A stretch of 64,000 nt of DNA from Alistipes sp. (GCA_045634125.1 JAZQZQ010000025.1:49941-113940); one strand, 5' to 3'; shown: positions 8,538 to 17,968, counted from the first letter of the stretch. A program made the numbers and translations. Notes: generated from the sequence alone by a model not told the origin.

Positions 8538-9674
8538 TTACTTTAGTGCAGCCTTTAGACCCTGCAAAGCATCAATCTTCCATGTGATACCGAAGGTGAA
8601 GAATGAACCCTTATCGAGGGCGGTACCATTAGGGTCGTCATTTTTACCAGTGTTGTAAACATAGGCAGCGTGTAGGCGTACATCGCGGTTGCCGAGGTGC
8701 CCCATAGGGTAGTACTCGATACCGCCACCGATGCGAGTAAGGTCGGTATTAGGGTATACAAAGAGTGGCTGAGCATCAGCGCCAGCCTTGTCGTAGGTAA
8801 CCTTAGCAAATAGGTTTACGCGCTGTGCAACCAACTGTGAGAACTCCGCCATAATAGAGAAGTTCTTAAGCATAAACTCCTTAGCTGTTGTTCCACGGTT
8901 CATAAAGTCGAGTTCAAGAGTGGTGTTGCCCAACTTGAACTGGTTACCCAAAACAATGTATGCATCAAACTTCCCCTTCTGGTACTCCACGAAGTTTATT
9001 GAGTGGATTGCCTTGTAGCAGCCGTGTGAACCAAAATAGTAGAGGTTGTAGGCGTATAGGTCGCCAAGCTTTGTGATGATCTCTGGTGTGCAATCGTCAC
9101 AGCAATACTCTTTGTCTGTAGCTAACTCTGAGTGATAGTTAAGCGCCATTTTGTCGTATGGGCTTTGGCAAATCTGGAATGTGAATGAGTCGTTGCTCTT
9201 ATTTGTAGTATATGTCGCTGAAGCACCAAGCTGGAAGCAGTTTACATTGTTCCAATACTCCGAGCAGTAGTAGATCTCGATAGGGGCGCGGTCATACTCC
9301 CAACCACCAATCCAAACAACCTGCTTGCCTGCTGAGAACGACCAGTTGTCGTTAGCCTTATATGTAAGGTGCAACCAATCCGTATTGTTTACGAATGTGC
9401 CATCTACATTAGGACGGCTGAAACGCTGACGCCATGAGTAGCTGAACTTTGGTGCAATCTGACCATCCATTCGGAGGTTGAAGTAGCGCGCCTTAAAGCC
9501 TGTTGCGCCATAGATCTTATCGCCATTGAGAGCCTCGTTAAGATAGTCGAAACGTACCTCTACACCAAGGCGGAAGATCTCATTGCTCTTCTCGTAGCCC
9601 TGCTGTGCTACTGCCGATGTAAGGCTTAATACTGCTATGGCAATGCAGAGAATTTTGGTAAATGTATTCTTCAT
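8538..9674 (-). CDS. Outer-membrane porin (Bacteroidetes OprO/P-like)
   Basis: Signal peptide MKNTFTKILC..., beta-strand pattern, AGKQ...GGWEYD motif. The TATCTTTG promoter at 9730-9723 lies inside the longer track ORF, which supports ATG 9674. Confidence 0.7.
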   Translation of the reverse strand: MKNTFTKILCIAIAVLSLTSAVAQQGYEKSNEIFRLGVEVRFDYLNEALNGDKIYGATGFKARYFNLRMDGQIAPKFSYSWRQRFSRPNVDGTFVNNTDWLHLTYKANDNWSFSAGKQVVWIGGWEYDRAPIEIYYCSEYWNNVNCFQLGASATYTTNKSNDSFTFQICQSPYDKMALNYHSELATDKEYCCDDCTPEIITKLGDLYAYNLYYFGSHGCYKAIHSINFVEYQKGKFDAYIVLGNQFKLGNTTLELDFMNRGTTAKEFMLKNFSIMAEFSQLVAQRVNLFAKVTYDKAGADAQPLFVYPNTDLTRIGGGIEYYPMGHLGNRDVRLHAAYVYNTGKNDDPNGTALDKGSFFTFGITWKIDALQGLKAALK

Positions 9675-9722
9675 ATTTTGTAAGTTTAGATTTTGCAAAC
9701 GCCTAATACCTCTAATTACGGG

Positions 9723-9730
9723 CAAAGATA
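9723..9730 (-). promoter_or_regulatory. Bacteroidetes sigma-A -7 element
   Basis: TATCTTTG on the minus strand upstream of the porin. Confidence 0.55.
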
Positions 9731-9760
9731 TATAAAATATCTTAAGTATGCACATAAAAA

Positions 9761-9792
9761 TAGGGTTGCCCGCAATTTTTTGGACAACCCTA
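9761..9792 (-). terminator. Hairpin after the HMA gene (GGCTGTC-like family)
   Basis: TAGGGTTGCC...GGACAACCCTA. Confidence 0.55.
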
Positions 9793-9815
9793 CTCATTAT
9801 AAGAGTATCTACTCA

Positions 9816-10130
9816 CTATTTCTGCTCCTCGTTTACCTTAGCCTCCGCCTTAATCTTAATCTTTGCGAAAGCCTTAACGAGGGTCTCGTTGTTAGTCTTT
9901 GCTGGGTCGTAGGTTACAGTTACGGTCTTAGTAGGAACGTCAACCTGCACATCCTTAACACCCTTCTCATAAGGGATTGTGTTTGTAACCTTCTTAGCAC
10001 AGCCTGCGCAGTCGATATCTGTTACAAACTCAACGACAACACTCTTCTTATCGCCCTTCTTAGGCTCCTGAGCATTTGTAATGCCAATACCAAATAGTGC
10101 TACAAGGCACATCAAAATTATCTTCTTCAT
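9816..10130 (-). CDS. Secreted heavy-metal-associated (HMA) domain protein
   Basis: Signal peptide; CxxC motif DCAGC; HMA pattern GVKDVQVD...VTVTYDP. Confidence 0.88.
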   Translation of the reverse strand: MKKIILMCLVALFGIGITNAQEPKKGDKKSVVVEFVTDIDCAGCAKKVTNTIPYEKGVKDVQVDVPTKTVTVTYDPAKTNNETLVKAFAKIKIKAEAKVNEEQK

Positions 10131-10170
10131 AGTTCAGAGGTTTTATCTATATAACGTTCAAATTGTCAAA

Positions 10171-12525
10171 TTAGTATATGTTCAATCGAAGACCGATATA
10201 GAACTTACGTCCCATAAGTGGTCCCCATACCATTGATGAGTTAAAGCCCGGTGCGTATGGCTTATCGCCACCTACGATAGGCTTGTTGCCACCGCTTACA
10301 CCTTGTAGATAGTTAGCAATATTTTCGCAACCAGCGTATAGAGTGAGGTTGCTCATCTTGTAGCTTACCTGAGCGAAGTACATCGGATATACAGGTGAGA
10401 GCGTAGGGTTGTTCACCGCGGCATCCATATCGCCCATAAGCTCTGGGAGACGTACTGGTCCATTCACCTGTGCTGTAACGTCGAATACCCAGCGCTGCAC
10501 AGCATACTGAATATTGATAAGACCCTTGTAGCGCGATGTTAGTGGTCGCTCCACCAGAATCTGCTTACCATCATGCTCTAAGGTCATCACAGCGTTGGTG
10601 TAGCGGAATGTTGCAAAGAGGTCGAAGCCACGGAATGGTGTCCAGTTGAAGTCTACTTGATAGTTGTCGGTGTATGACTTGCCATCGGTGTTGTAGATAT
10701 GTGTGGTATTGTCGCCACGCTCCTGATCAAAGACCATGGTGTTGAAGAACTGCGTGCGGAAGTAGTCAACACTGATTGTTGCCTGATCGTCGCCAGCCAA
10801 ACGGAAGGTCTGCGCAAGGCTACCACCAAAGGTTGCAGCGCGCTCCATATCGTCGTTGAGGTTGTCGGTAACGATATTGCGTGACGATGTCATAATCCAG
10901 ATGTTGTCTGTAACGAGGTTCTGACGACGGTAGCCCATACCTGCCGATGCACGTAGTGTTGTGCGTGGAGTTATCGCCCAGCGGATATGTGAACGAGGTG
11001 TGATAAGAAACTCTGGCTTAGCATCATAGTAGTAGTTACCATTTACAATCGAGTAGTCGCCACGAATACCTACCACCCACGAGAACTTCTCTTCGTTGTT
11101 GTATGTATACTCGGCAAAGATACCCGGCTCGGCGAGTGTTGCCTTGCCCTTAGCCTGCCACATTGGCTGTGGTGTACCCGATGAGGCATCCTGCTGGAGG
11201 TAGTCGTTATCCATCATACGCGCATATACCGAGATACCCGCATTGAGCGACGAACGCTGTGTGAAGTAGTGTGCATATGTGGCGTTGAAGCGGAAGGTGT
11301 CCTCCATAACATCTACATTGTTAACACCGAAGTATGAGTCGGTGAGGTAGTTGTCGTAGTCGAATACCATAGCGATGTTGTTCTGCACAGCATCGTCTGG
11401 GTCGCCTGTGAAGGTTCGCTCGTAACCTACTGGAATACCGAGCTTAGCATAGGCATTGATATTACGATTGTGAATCTTCGAGCCGTAAGGAGTGGCGAGT
11501 GGGTTCTGCATCATCTGGTCGAACATATCCTCGCGGTAGTCCATCTGACCACCGATACGGTTCTCGTTCACCACCTTCCAACCCCAGCGGAGTTGTACGC
11601 CATCACTATTCTGCCACAACCACTTATTTGCGATGTTTATCTGATTTGCCTTTGGCATATCGGCAAAGCCGTCGCCGTTCATATCGTGGTGCGCCGTGTC
11701 GAGTGAGCCGTGTGCCATGATTACTGTTGAGAGGCTCTTATCTGGAGTCAATGGAATAGCCGACGAGATGTTAATCTCTGGGCGCATCTCGTTGTCGAAG
11801 TAGAGGTTTAGGAAGAAGCGCTCGTCGTCGGTAGGCTTGCGGTGCTCAAGGTTAATCTGACCAGTGATAGCCTCGTGACCTGCCGTTACCGATGCTACGC
11901 CCTTAGATACCTGGATAGAGTTAAGCCACATACCTGGGGTGTAGCTAAGACCGTATGTAGCACCTGCGCCCTGCATAATAGGGCGGTTCTCGTCGAGAAT
12001 CTGAGTGTAAGTACCCGCAAGACCAAGCATCTTAATCTGGCGAGCACCAGAGATCGCGTCGCTATAACCTACGGTTACCGAAGCAGAGTTCTCGAATGAC
12101 TCGGCAAGCGAACAGCACGCCATCTTACATAATCCTGCAAACGAAATCTGCTCCTGACGTGTGATACCAGTAGTCTTTGCGTAGTTACCACGCTGCTGAC
12201 CCTCTACAATGACCTCGTCAATATCTACGGCAGATGGGGTCAACTCAATATCGAGGGTAGCGACACCCTTCTCCTCGACCTCAATCTCCACCAAATCGTA
12301 GCCCAAGTAGTCCACTACAAGAGTGTTGAAGTCGTGAACACGCTTAATCGAGTAGCTACCATCGGCTGTTGATGTAGCACCTGCTGTAGTGTTCTTCCAA
12401 AAAAGTGTTGCACCTACAAGTGGCTGACCGTTGTTTACGTCGGTTACCTTACCTGTAAGGGTACGCTGTGCCATTGCCACGATAGGCAAGCATAAAGCAA
12501 TAAAAAGTATAATTGATTTTTTCAT
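10171..12525 (-). CDS. TonB-dependent receptor, likely for a metal ion
   Basis: Signal peptide, CarboxypepD_reg-like N-domain, plug with LCKMACCSLAESF, IQVSKG motif, C-terminal aromatic strand FYIGLRLNIY. Confidence 0.9.
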   Translation of the reverse strand: MKKSIILFIALCLPIVAMAQRTLTGKVTDVNNGQPLVGATLFWKNTTAGATSTADGSYSIKRVHDFNTLVVDYLGYDLVEIEVEEKGVATLDIELTPSAVDIDEVIVEGQQRGNYAKTTGITRQEQISFAGLCKMACCSLAESFENSASVTVGYSDAISGARQIKMLGLAGTYTQILDENRPIMQGAGATYGLSYTPGMWLNSIQVSKGVASVTAGHEAITGQINLEHRKPTDDERFFLNLYFDNEMRPEINISSAIPLTPDKSLSTVIMAHGSLDTAHHDMNGDGFADMPKANQINIANKWLWQNSDGVQLRWGWKVVNENRIGGQMDYREDMFDQMMQNPLATPYGSKIHNRNINAYAKLGIPVGYERTFTGDPDDAVQNNIAMVFDYDNYLTDSYFGVNNVDVMEDTFRFNATYAHYFTQRSSLNAGISVYARMMDNDYLQQDASSGTPQPMWQAKGKATLAEPGIFAEYTYNNEEKFSWVVGIRGDYSIVNGNYYYDAKPEFLITPRSHIRWAITPRTTLRASAGMGYRRQNLVTDNIWIMTSSRNIVTDNLNDDMERAATFGGSLAQTFRLAGDDQATISVDYFRTQFFNTMVFDQERGDNTTHIYNTDGKSYTDNYQVDFNWTPFRGFDLFATFRYTNAVMTLEHDGKQILVERPLTSRYKGLINIQYAVQRWVFDVTAQVNGPVRLPELMGDMDAAVNNPTLSPVYPMYFAQVSYKMSNLTLYAGCENIANYLQGVSGGNKPIVGGDKPYAPGFNSSMVWGPLMGRKFYIGLRLNIY

Positions 12526-12598
12526 TTTGGCTTAGGTATTATGTTGATATAGTATTATTTATGGGTGTAAAGCCCAGCCTCAGCCAATGCCAAGGATA

Positions 12599-13003
12599 TT
12601 AAGCCAATGCGGGTGGGGCACGAAGTCCAAAACTACGACTATAGGAGTCGGAGGGTGTACCAATATCGAGTAGTTCTAATCTCTCATACTGCGCATAGCT
12701 ATATAGAGATAGTTCCTCGTCAACAGAGGTTAGAACTATAGGGGCAACGAGCAACGATAGAGCTGCTGCGGTGCGTGAGTCAGTACGAGACTCGATAAAA
12801 TCGGTGTGGTTATCGCCGAGAATAGGGTGATGATGGTCGCAACAATCTTTGGTAACGCCAATGTGCGAACAACACTCCGATTTACAACTGTGATGATGGT
12901 GGTGATGATGATCGCATGTGAGCAGCGACAACGACGAAAGAAGTGTGGCTACGGTATATACCGCTACCATCAAAAAGGCATATATCTTTCTTCGTTGTGC
13001 CAT
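12599..13003 (-). CDS. His/Cys-rich leader protein ending in RAPP (DUF2946/CruR-like)
   Basis: N-terminal hydrophobic segment, CDHHHHHHHSC, CC pairs, C-terminal GLRAPPALA; ends 73 nt upstream of the TBDR. Confidence 0.72.
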   Translation of the reverse strand: MAQRRKIYAFLMVAVYTVATLLSSLSLLTCDHHHHHHHSCKSECCSHIGVTKDCCDHHHPILGDNHTDFIESRTDSRTAAALSLLVAPIVLTSVDEELSLYSYAQYERLELLDIGTPSDSYSRSFGLRAPPALA

Positions 13004-13018
13004 GCTTGCTCTGCTTAA

Positions 13019-13285
13019 CTACTCTGCAATGTTGCACTCGCGGAGCTTCTCTATCCAGCGCTCTGCATCTGTAGTGGCAACGCTCATATCAATACTGTAA
13101 CGCTCTATAATTAGCTTTGCAACCGCCTCGGTATCAAACTCTTTGCCCTGTAACTCATTCCAGAGATACAACGCGCTCTCATTGAGAGATATAATCTTTG
13201 TAAGGTCGCTACCGTGCTTGCCCTGCATAATAATTACATGCTCGCCAGCCATCTCGCGTACCTTGTACTGCTCCTTAATCTTCAT
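13019..13285 (-). CDS. PqqD family (RRE-like) protein
   Basis: 88 aa; ISLNESALYLWNEL and YSID...A..D...W pattern of Bacteroidetes PqqD proteins. Confidence 0.85.
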   Translation of the reverse strand: MKIKEQYKVREMAGEHVIIMQGKHGSDLTKIISLNESALYLWNELQGKEFDTEAVAKLIIERYSIDMSVATTDAERWIEKLRECNIAE

Positions 13286-13357
13286 AGTAATTAATGTTTT
13301 GCGGGGCGAAGTTACGAAAAATATTTTATTACGTAGTAATATCCCTTAGAAATTTCT

Positions 13358-13365
13358 TATATTTG
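13358..13365 (+). promoter_or_regulatory. Sigma-A -7 element directly before the recQ ATG
   Basis: TATATTTG-TGCA-ATG. Confidence 0.55.
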
Positions 13366-13369
13366 TGCA

Positions 13370-15301
13370 ATGAATATAAACAAGGCAGAGCAAACAAATA
13401 TATCGATTGAGACCATCCTTGAAAAGTGGTGGGGATATAAGGAGTTTAGACCTATGCAGCGCGAGATTATTGAATCGGTGTTGCAGGGGCGTGATACCCT
13501 TGCCCTTATGCCTACGGGTGGCGGTAAGTCGATAACATATCAAGTGCCAGCCTTGGCAATGGATGGTCTTTGCATTGTTGTAACGCCACTTATTGCCTTA
13601 ATGAAGGATCAGGTCGACCAACTTCAACGACGAGGAATATCTGCTGTGGCAGTGCATTCGGGTCTCGACCCACGACGTATCGAGATAGCCTTGGATAATT
13701 GTACCTATGGCGATGTCAAGATGCTCTATATCGCCCCAGAGCGCTTGGAGACCGAAGCCTTTAAGGTGCGCCTTAGACAAATGAATATCAGTCTAATAGC
13801 AGTTGATGAGGCGCACTGTATCTCGCAGTGGGGCTACGACTTTCGCCCCTCGTATCTCAATATTGCAAAGGTGCGTGAGTTTGCACTCGATGCTCCGATA
13901 TTGGCACTTACAGCCTCGGCAACGGAGGAGGTGGCGAGGGATATTATGCGCCATCTACACTTTGGCAGTGAGAATATCTTGCGTTCGAGTTTTGCGCGCC
14001 CAAATTTGTCCTATGTGGTGCGCGATAGTGGCGATAAGTATGAGAACCTGCTACGCGTAATAAACAATGTCCCTGGCTCGGGTATTGTCTATATGCGTAC
14101 TCGTGAGGGTGCGGAGCAACTTGCGGAGCAACTACGCAAGGATGGCGTGAATGCCAACTACTACCATGCGGGACTCCCATCGATGGAGCGCTCTCTGCGT
14201 CAGGATGAGTGGCGCGATGGCAAGACTCGCGTTATTGTTGCTACGAATGCCTTTGGTATGGGCATCGATAAGGCGGATGTTAGGTTTGTTATCCACTTTG
14301 CGATGTGCGATTCGTTGGAGGCTTACTATCAGGAGGCGGGTCGTGCCGGTCGTGATGGTAGGCGTAGTTATGCTGTGCTTCTTGCCGAGCAGAGAGATGG
14401 CGAGAGTATCGCAAAATTATTTAAGACAGAGTTTCCGCCTATCACCGAAATTAAGCGTGTCTACGAGTTGATATGCAACTACTTACAAGTGGCTGTAGGC
14501 GATGGCTTTGGGGCATCGTTCGCCTTCAATATATATGACTTTTGCCATACGGTAAAGCTCTCCTCGATAATGGTTACGAATGCTCTAAAAATCTTGGAGC
14601 AGAATAGATTGATGACCCTTATTGATGAGCAGGATAATCCTGCGAAATTGATGTTTACTTGTTCGCGCGACGCACTCTATAAGCTTAATGCCGAGGGCAA
14701 TGATATGGATGCGATGTTGTTGGCGATACTGCGCCTATATAATGGTGTTTTTACCAGTTTCCGTAATATCGACGAGTTGCAAATTGCCTCCTTCGCGAAG
14801 CTCTCACCAGAGCGTGTGCATGAGTTATTGAAGATACTGTGGCGTATGCATGTCATACGCTATATCCCTGCTGCGCGTACACCGATGATATATTTCAACT
14901 CGGAGCGACTGCCTCAGAAGGATGTCTATATTGCTCCCGAGACCTACCGTTATCGTTATGACCGAGCTGTGGAGCGATTCAATAGTATGTTGCGCTATAC
15001 GACTACGACTGATGAGTGTCGTAGTAAAATTATAGAGGAGTACTTTGGCGAGCCTAATGCTCGGGATTGTGGGATATGCGATATATGCATTAGTAAACGA
15101 AAAAAAACAGCCTTGTCATATGTGCCAGAGAATATTGATACACACATACTTAGTATGCTCGCCGATGGCGAGGTTTCGATAAAGGATATTGTCGCTGCTA
15201 TTGGTGGTCGTAGTGAACTTATTGCCGAGCGTATAGATTATTTATTGAACGAGAAGAAAATTTCTGTTTCGATAAGTGGAAAAGTAAAAATAAATAAGTA
15301 A
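13370..15301 (+). CDS. recQ: RecQ-family ATP-dependent DNA helicase
   Basis: MPTGGGKS, AVDEAHCISQWGYDFRP, ATNAFGMGIDK, YYQEAGRAGRDG and the Zn-binding CR...CGICDIC; no HRDC domain. Confidence 0.93.
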   Translation: MNINKAEQTNISIETILEKWWGYKEFRPMQREIIESVLQGRDTLALMPTGGGKSITYQVPALAMDGLCIVVTPLIALMKDQVDQLQRRGISAVAVHSGLDPRRIEIALDNCTYGDVKMLYIAPERLETEAFKVRLRQMNISLIAVDEAHCISQWGYDFRPSYLNIAKVREFALDAPILALTASATEEVARDIMRHLHFGSENILRSSFARPNLSYVVRDSGDKYENLLRVINNVPGSGIVYMRTREGAEQLAEQLRKDGVNANYYHAGLPSMERSLRQDEWRDGKTRVIVATNAFGMGIDKADVRFVIHFAMCDSLEAYYQEAGRAGRDGRRSYAVLLAEQRDGESIAKLFKTEFPPITEIKRVYELICNYLQVAVGDGFGASFAFNIYDFCHTVKLSSIMVTNALKILEQNRLMTLIDEQDNPAKLMFTCSRDALYKLNAEGNDMDAMLLAILRLYNGVFTSFRNIDELQIASFAKLSPERVHELLKILWRMHVIRYIPAARTPMIYFNSERLPQKDVYIAPETYRYRYDRAVERFNSMLRYTTTTDECRSKIIEEYFGEPNARDCGICDICISKRKKTALSYVPENIDTHILSMLADGEVSIKDIVAAIGGRSELIAERIDYLLNEKKISVSISGKVKINK

Positions 15302-15336
15302 TTTTGTGGGTTGCACCATAGAAATATAGATAGCAG

Positions 15337-16035
15337 ATGGCATTTCAACATACCATAGATAACGATACCGTAGCCGCACTTCCCGCAGCCCGTTTTCCGG
15401 GTCGCATTGTCGTTGTGGAGACCAACGAGCAGGCAGAGGAGGCGTGTTTGGAGCTACAGCGCCACACGATGATAGGATTCGATACCGAGACGCGTCCATC
15501 CTTTAGGGCGGGTGTGAGCTATAAGGTGGCACTTCTGCAGCTATCTACGGATGATGTATGTTATCTATTCCGTCTATCGCAGATACGCCTAAGTAATAGC
15601 ATCCTCAAAATATTGGGATCTAAGCAGATTGTGAAGGTGGGAGCAGACGTTTCAGGAGATATCCGTTCGTTGCACGCCTTGCGCCACTTCCAGGCTGATG
15701 GCTTTGTAGATTTGCAGATCGAGGCATCGCGCTGGGGTATCGAGGAGAAGAGCCTTAGAAAGTTATCGGCGATAGTTCTTGGCGAGAGAGTGTCAAAGGC
15801 GCAGCGCCTAAGCAATTGGGAGGCAACAATCCTTACCGACCAGCAGCAGGAGTATGCTGCAACGGATGCTTGGGTGTGTACCCGCATCTTGCGCACGTTG
15901 GAGGAGAGTGAGAGTGTTGCGGGCGAGCGCACCATAATAGCGGTAGCACCACCAAAGGAGACAAAGGATGATGACAAGCGCCACTACAAATATCGCAAAC
16001 GTAGAAATAGAGAGAATAAGCAACAAAAGATATGA
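15337..16035 (+). CDS. 3'-5' exonuclease (RNase D/WRN-exo DEDDy family)
   Basis: IGFDTET, LLQL, SLRKLSA, SNW...YAATDA motifs; basic C-terminal tail. Confidence 0.9.
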   Translation: MAFQHTIDNDTVAALPAARFPGRIVVVETNEQAEEACLELQRHTMIGFDTETRPSFRAGVSYKVALLQLSTDDVCYLFRLSQIRLSNSILKILGSKQIVKVGADVSGDIRSLHALRHFQADGFVDLQIEASRWGIEEKSLRKLSAIVLGERVSKAQRLSNWEATILTDQQQEYAATDAWVCTRILRTLEESESVAGERTIIAVAPPKETKDDDKRHYKYRKRRNRENKQQKI

Positions 16036-17240
16036 GTAAAGAGAGATTAAACATCGTACACCTACGCCGAGGTAAGGAGGAGTCGCTCGAAAGACGTCAT
16101 CCTTGGGTATTCTCGGGAGCAATTGAGCGTATTACTGAGCACCTTGCGCCACTTATCGAGGGCGACTTGGTGGATGTGGTAACCAAATCGGGAGACTTTA
16201 TTGCACGAGGTCATTGGCAGATAGGTTCTATTGCTGTGCGTGTGCTTACCTTCGAGCAGGAGGAGATCGACCAGAGTTGGTGGAACAGACGTGTCAGCGA
16301 GGCTTTGGGCGTGCGTAAGGCATTGGGCTTGGTGGATAATGCTGAGACAACATGCTACCGTCTTGTGCATGGCGAGGGCGACTTGTTGCCAGGCTTGGTT
16401 ATCGATATATATGAGCGTACGGCTGTCGTTCAGTGCCACTCTGTGGGTATGTACCACTCGCGCACCGCTATCGCTGAGGCACTACGCGAGGCCTATGGCG
16501 ATAAGTTGGAGGCTATCTATGATAAGAGTTCGCAGACATTACCTTTCAAGGCTGACTTGGGTGCTATTGATGGCTACCTATGGGGTCGTTGCGCTGAGAA
16601 AGATAATGTGGTCTTGGAGAATGGTTTGAAGTTCAAGGTTAACTGGGAGGAGGGTCAGAAGACAGGTTTCTTTATCGACCAGCGTGTTAACCGTGATCTT
16701 GTGCGCCAGTACTCTAAGGGGCGTAAGGTGTTGAATACATTCTGTTATACAGGAGGCTTCTCGGTTGCAGCCCTTGTGGGTGGTGCTACAGAGGTTGTCT
16801 CTATTGACCTCTCGGAGCGCGCTGTGAAGCTTGCCGACGAGAATGCTCGACTCAACTTTGGAGATGAGGCTCCACACAAGGCTATCGCTTGCAATGCCGT
16901 GGAGTATTTGAAGGATATTGATTCGTCATACGACCTTATTATCCTCGACCCACCAGCCTTCGCAAAGCATCATAAGGTTTTGGGCAATGCTTTGCAGGGA
17001 TATAAGAAGATTAATGCCCGCGCTTTGGAGAAGATACGCCCAGGAGGTATCCTATTTACCTTCTCATGTTCGCAGGCTGTGAGCCGCGATTTGTTCCGCA
17101 CAACGATATTTACTGCTGCGGCAATCGCTAAGCGTAAGGTGCGTATTATCGGTCAGTTGACTCAGCCTGCTGACCATCCAATCAATATCTACCATCCTGA
17201 GGGCGAGTATCTTAAGGGCTTGGTAGTCTATGTTGAGTAG
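16032..17240 (+). CDS. rlmI: Class I SAM-dependent 23S rRNA methyltransferase (RlmI-like)
   Basis: PUA-like N-terminus (RRHPWVFSG), GQKTGFFIDQR, LDPPAF, TFSCS. Confidence 0.88.
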   Translation: MSKERLNIVHLRRGKEESLERRHPWVFSGAIERITEHLAPLIEGDLVDVVTKSGDFIARGHWQIGSIAVRVLTFEQEEIDQSWWNRRVSEALGVRKALGLVDNAETTCYRLVHGEGDLLPGLVIDIYERTAVVQCHSVGMYHSRTAIAEALREAYGDKLEAIYDKSSQTLPFKADLGAIDGYLWGRCAEKDNVVLENGLKFKVNWEEGQKTGFFIDQRVNRDLVRQYSKGRKVLNTFCYTGGFSVAALVGGATEVVSIDLSERAVKLADENARLNFGDEAPHKAIACNAVEYLKDIDSSYDLIILDPPAFAKHHKVLGNALQGYKKINARALEKIRPGGILFTFSCSQAVSRDLFRTTIFTAAAIAKRKVRIIGQLTQPADHPINIYHPEGEYLKGLVVYVE

Positions 17241-17241
17241 T

Positions 17242-17529
17242 ATGCGTAGGGCACTCCTCATAACCACACTTTTATTAGTTGTGGGGTGTGATGGTAGGAC
17301 GACTACAACTACGGCGGTTGCCCACGAGGAGGTTATCAATGTCGACTCGCTACTTGAGGTTATGGATGCGCGCTATAATCAGCTTTGCGCCGAGCGTAAG
17401 GTGGCATATAGCGAGCGTGACCCAGAGTTGCGTAGAGAGTTCTTGGAGCGCAATGATGCTGCGTGCAGGGCTTTGGATGATTCGCTAAAATGGGCGATAT
17501 CGCTTAAGGGGATGGAGCTTACCAGATAA
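17242..17529 (+). CDS. Small hypothetical lipoprotein
   Basis: MRRALLITTLLLVVGC lipobox; ATG 1 nt after the rlmI stop. Confidence 0.55.
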   Translation: MRRALLITTLLLVVGCDGRTTTTTAVAHEEVINVDSLLEVMDARYNQLCAERKVAYSERDPELRREFLERNDAACRALDDSLKWAISLKGMELTR

Positions 17530-17588
17530 TACAGCCTTAGGTTTTATCGTTAATGCATATGTAATCACTAATAATAAATATTGAAACT

Positions 17589-17876
17589 ATGAATTTTACA
17601 GGAATAATCGTAGGACTTGCAACATTTCTAATTATTGGCATATTTCATCCTATTGTAATCAAGGCGGAGTACTATCTTGGAACAAAGTGCTGGTGGATGT
17701 TTGTTGTTGCAGGTATCCTGTTTTGTGCGTTGTCGTTGGTGGTGAGTAATCTTATTATCTCTACAATACTTGGTGTTACCGCATTTTCATCATTCTGGAG
17801 CATCTTGGAGCTTGTGCACCAGAAGAGACGTGTGGATAAGGGTTGGTTTCCAGAGGGCCCTGGACATAAGAAGTAG
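17589..17876 (+). CDS. DUF4491 family membrane protein
   Basis: IGIFHPIVIKAEYY and QKRRVDKGWFP motifs; three TM segments. Confidence 0.85.
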   Translation: MNFTGIIVGLATFLIIGIFHPIVIKAEYYLGTKCWWMFVVAGILFCALSLVVSNLIISTILGVTAFSSFWSILELVHQKRRVDKGWFPEGPGHKK

Positions 17877-17919
17877 ATTATAATGTAGAGGTTTGAATAG
17901 TTTTACAAATAATAGAAAA

Positions 17920-17945
17920 GGCTGTCCAACGTATGTTAGACAGCC
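17920..17945. terminator. Bidirectional hairpin between convergent genes
   Basis: GGCTGTCCAAC...GTTAGACAGCC. Confidence 0.65.
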
Positions 17946-17968
17946 AATTTTGTTTGGTTTAGGCTATA

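Noticed and set aside
9675-9797. Longer track starts for the porin (also the hydrolase, truA, yggS, LRR gene and gpsA)
   Set aside because: The extensions run through promoter or AT-rich DNA and precede the signal peptide or the conserved N-terminus.
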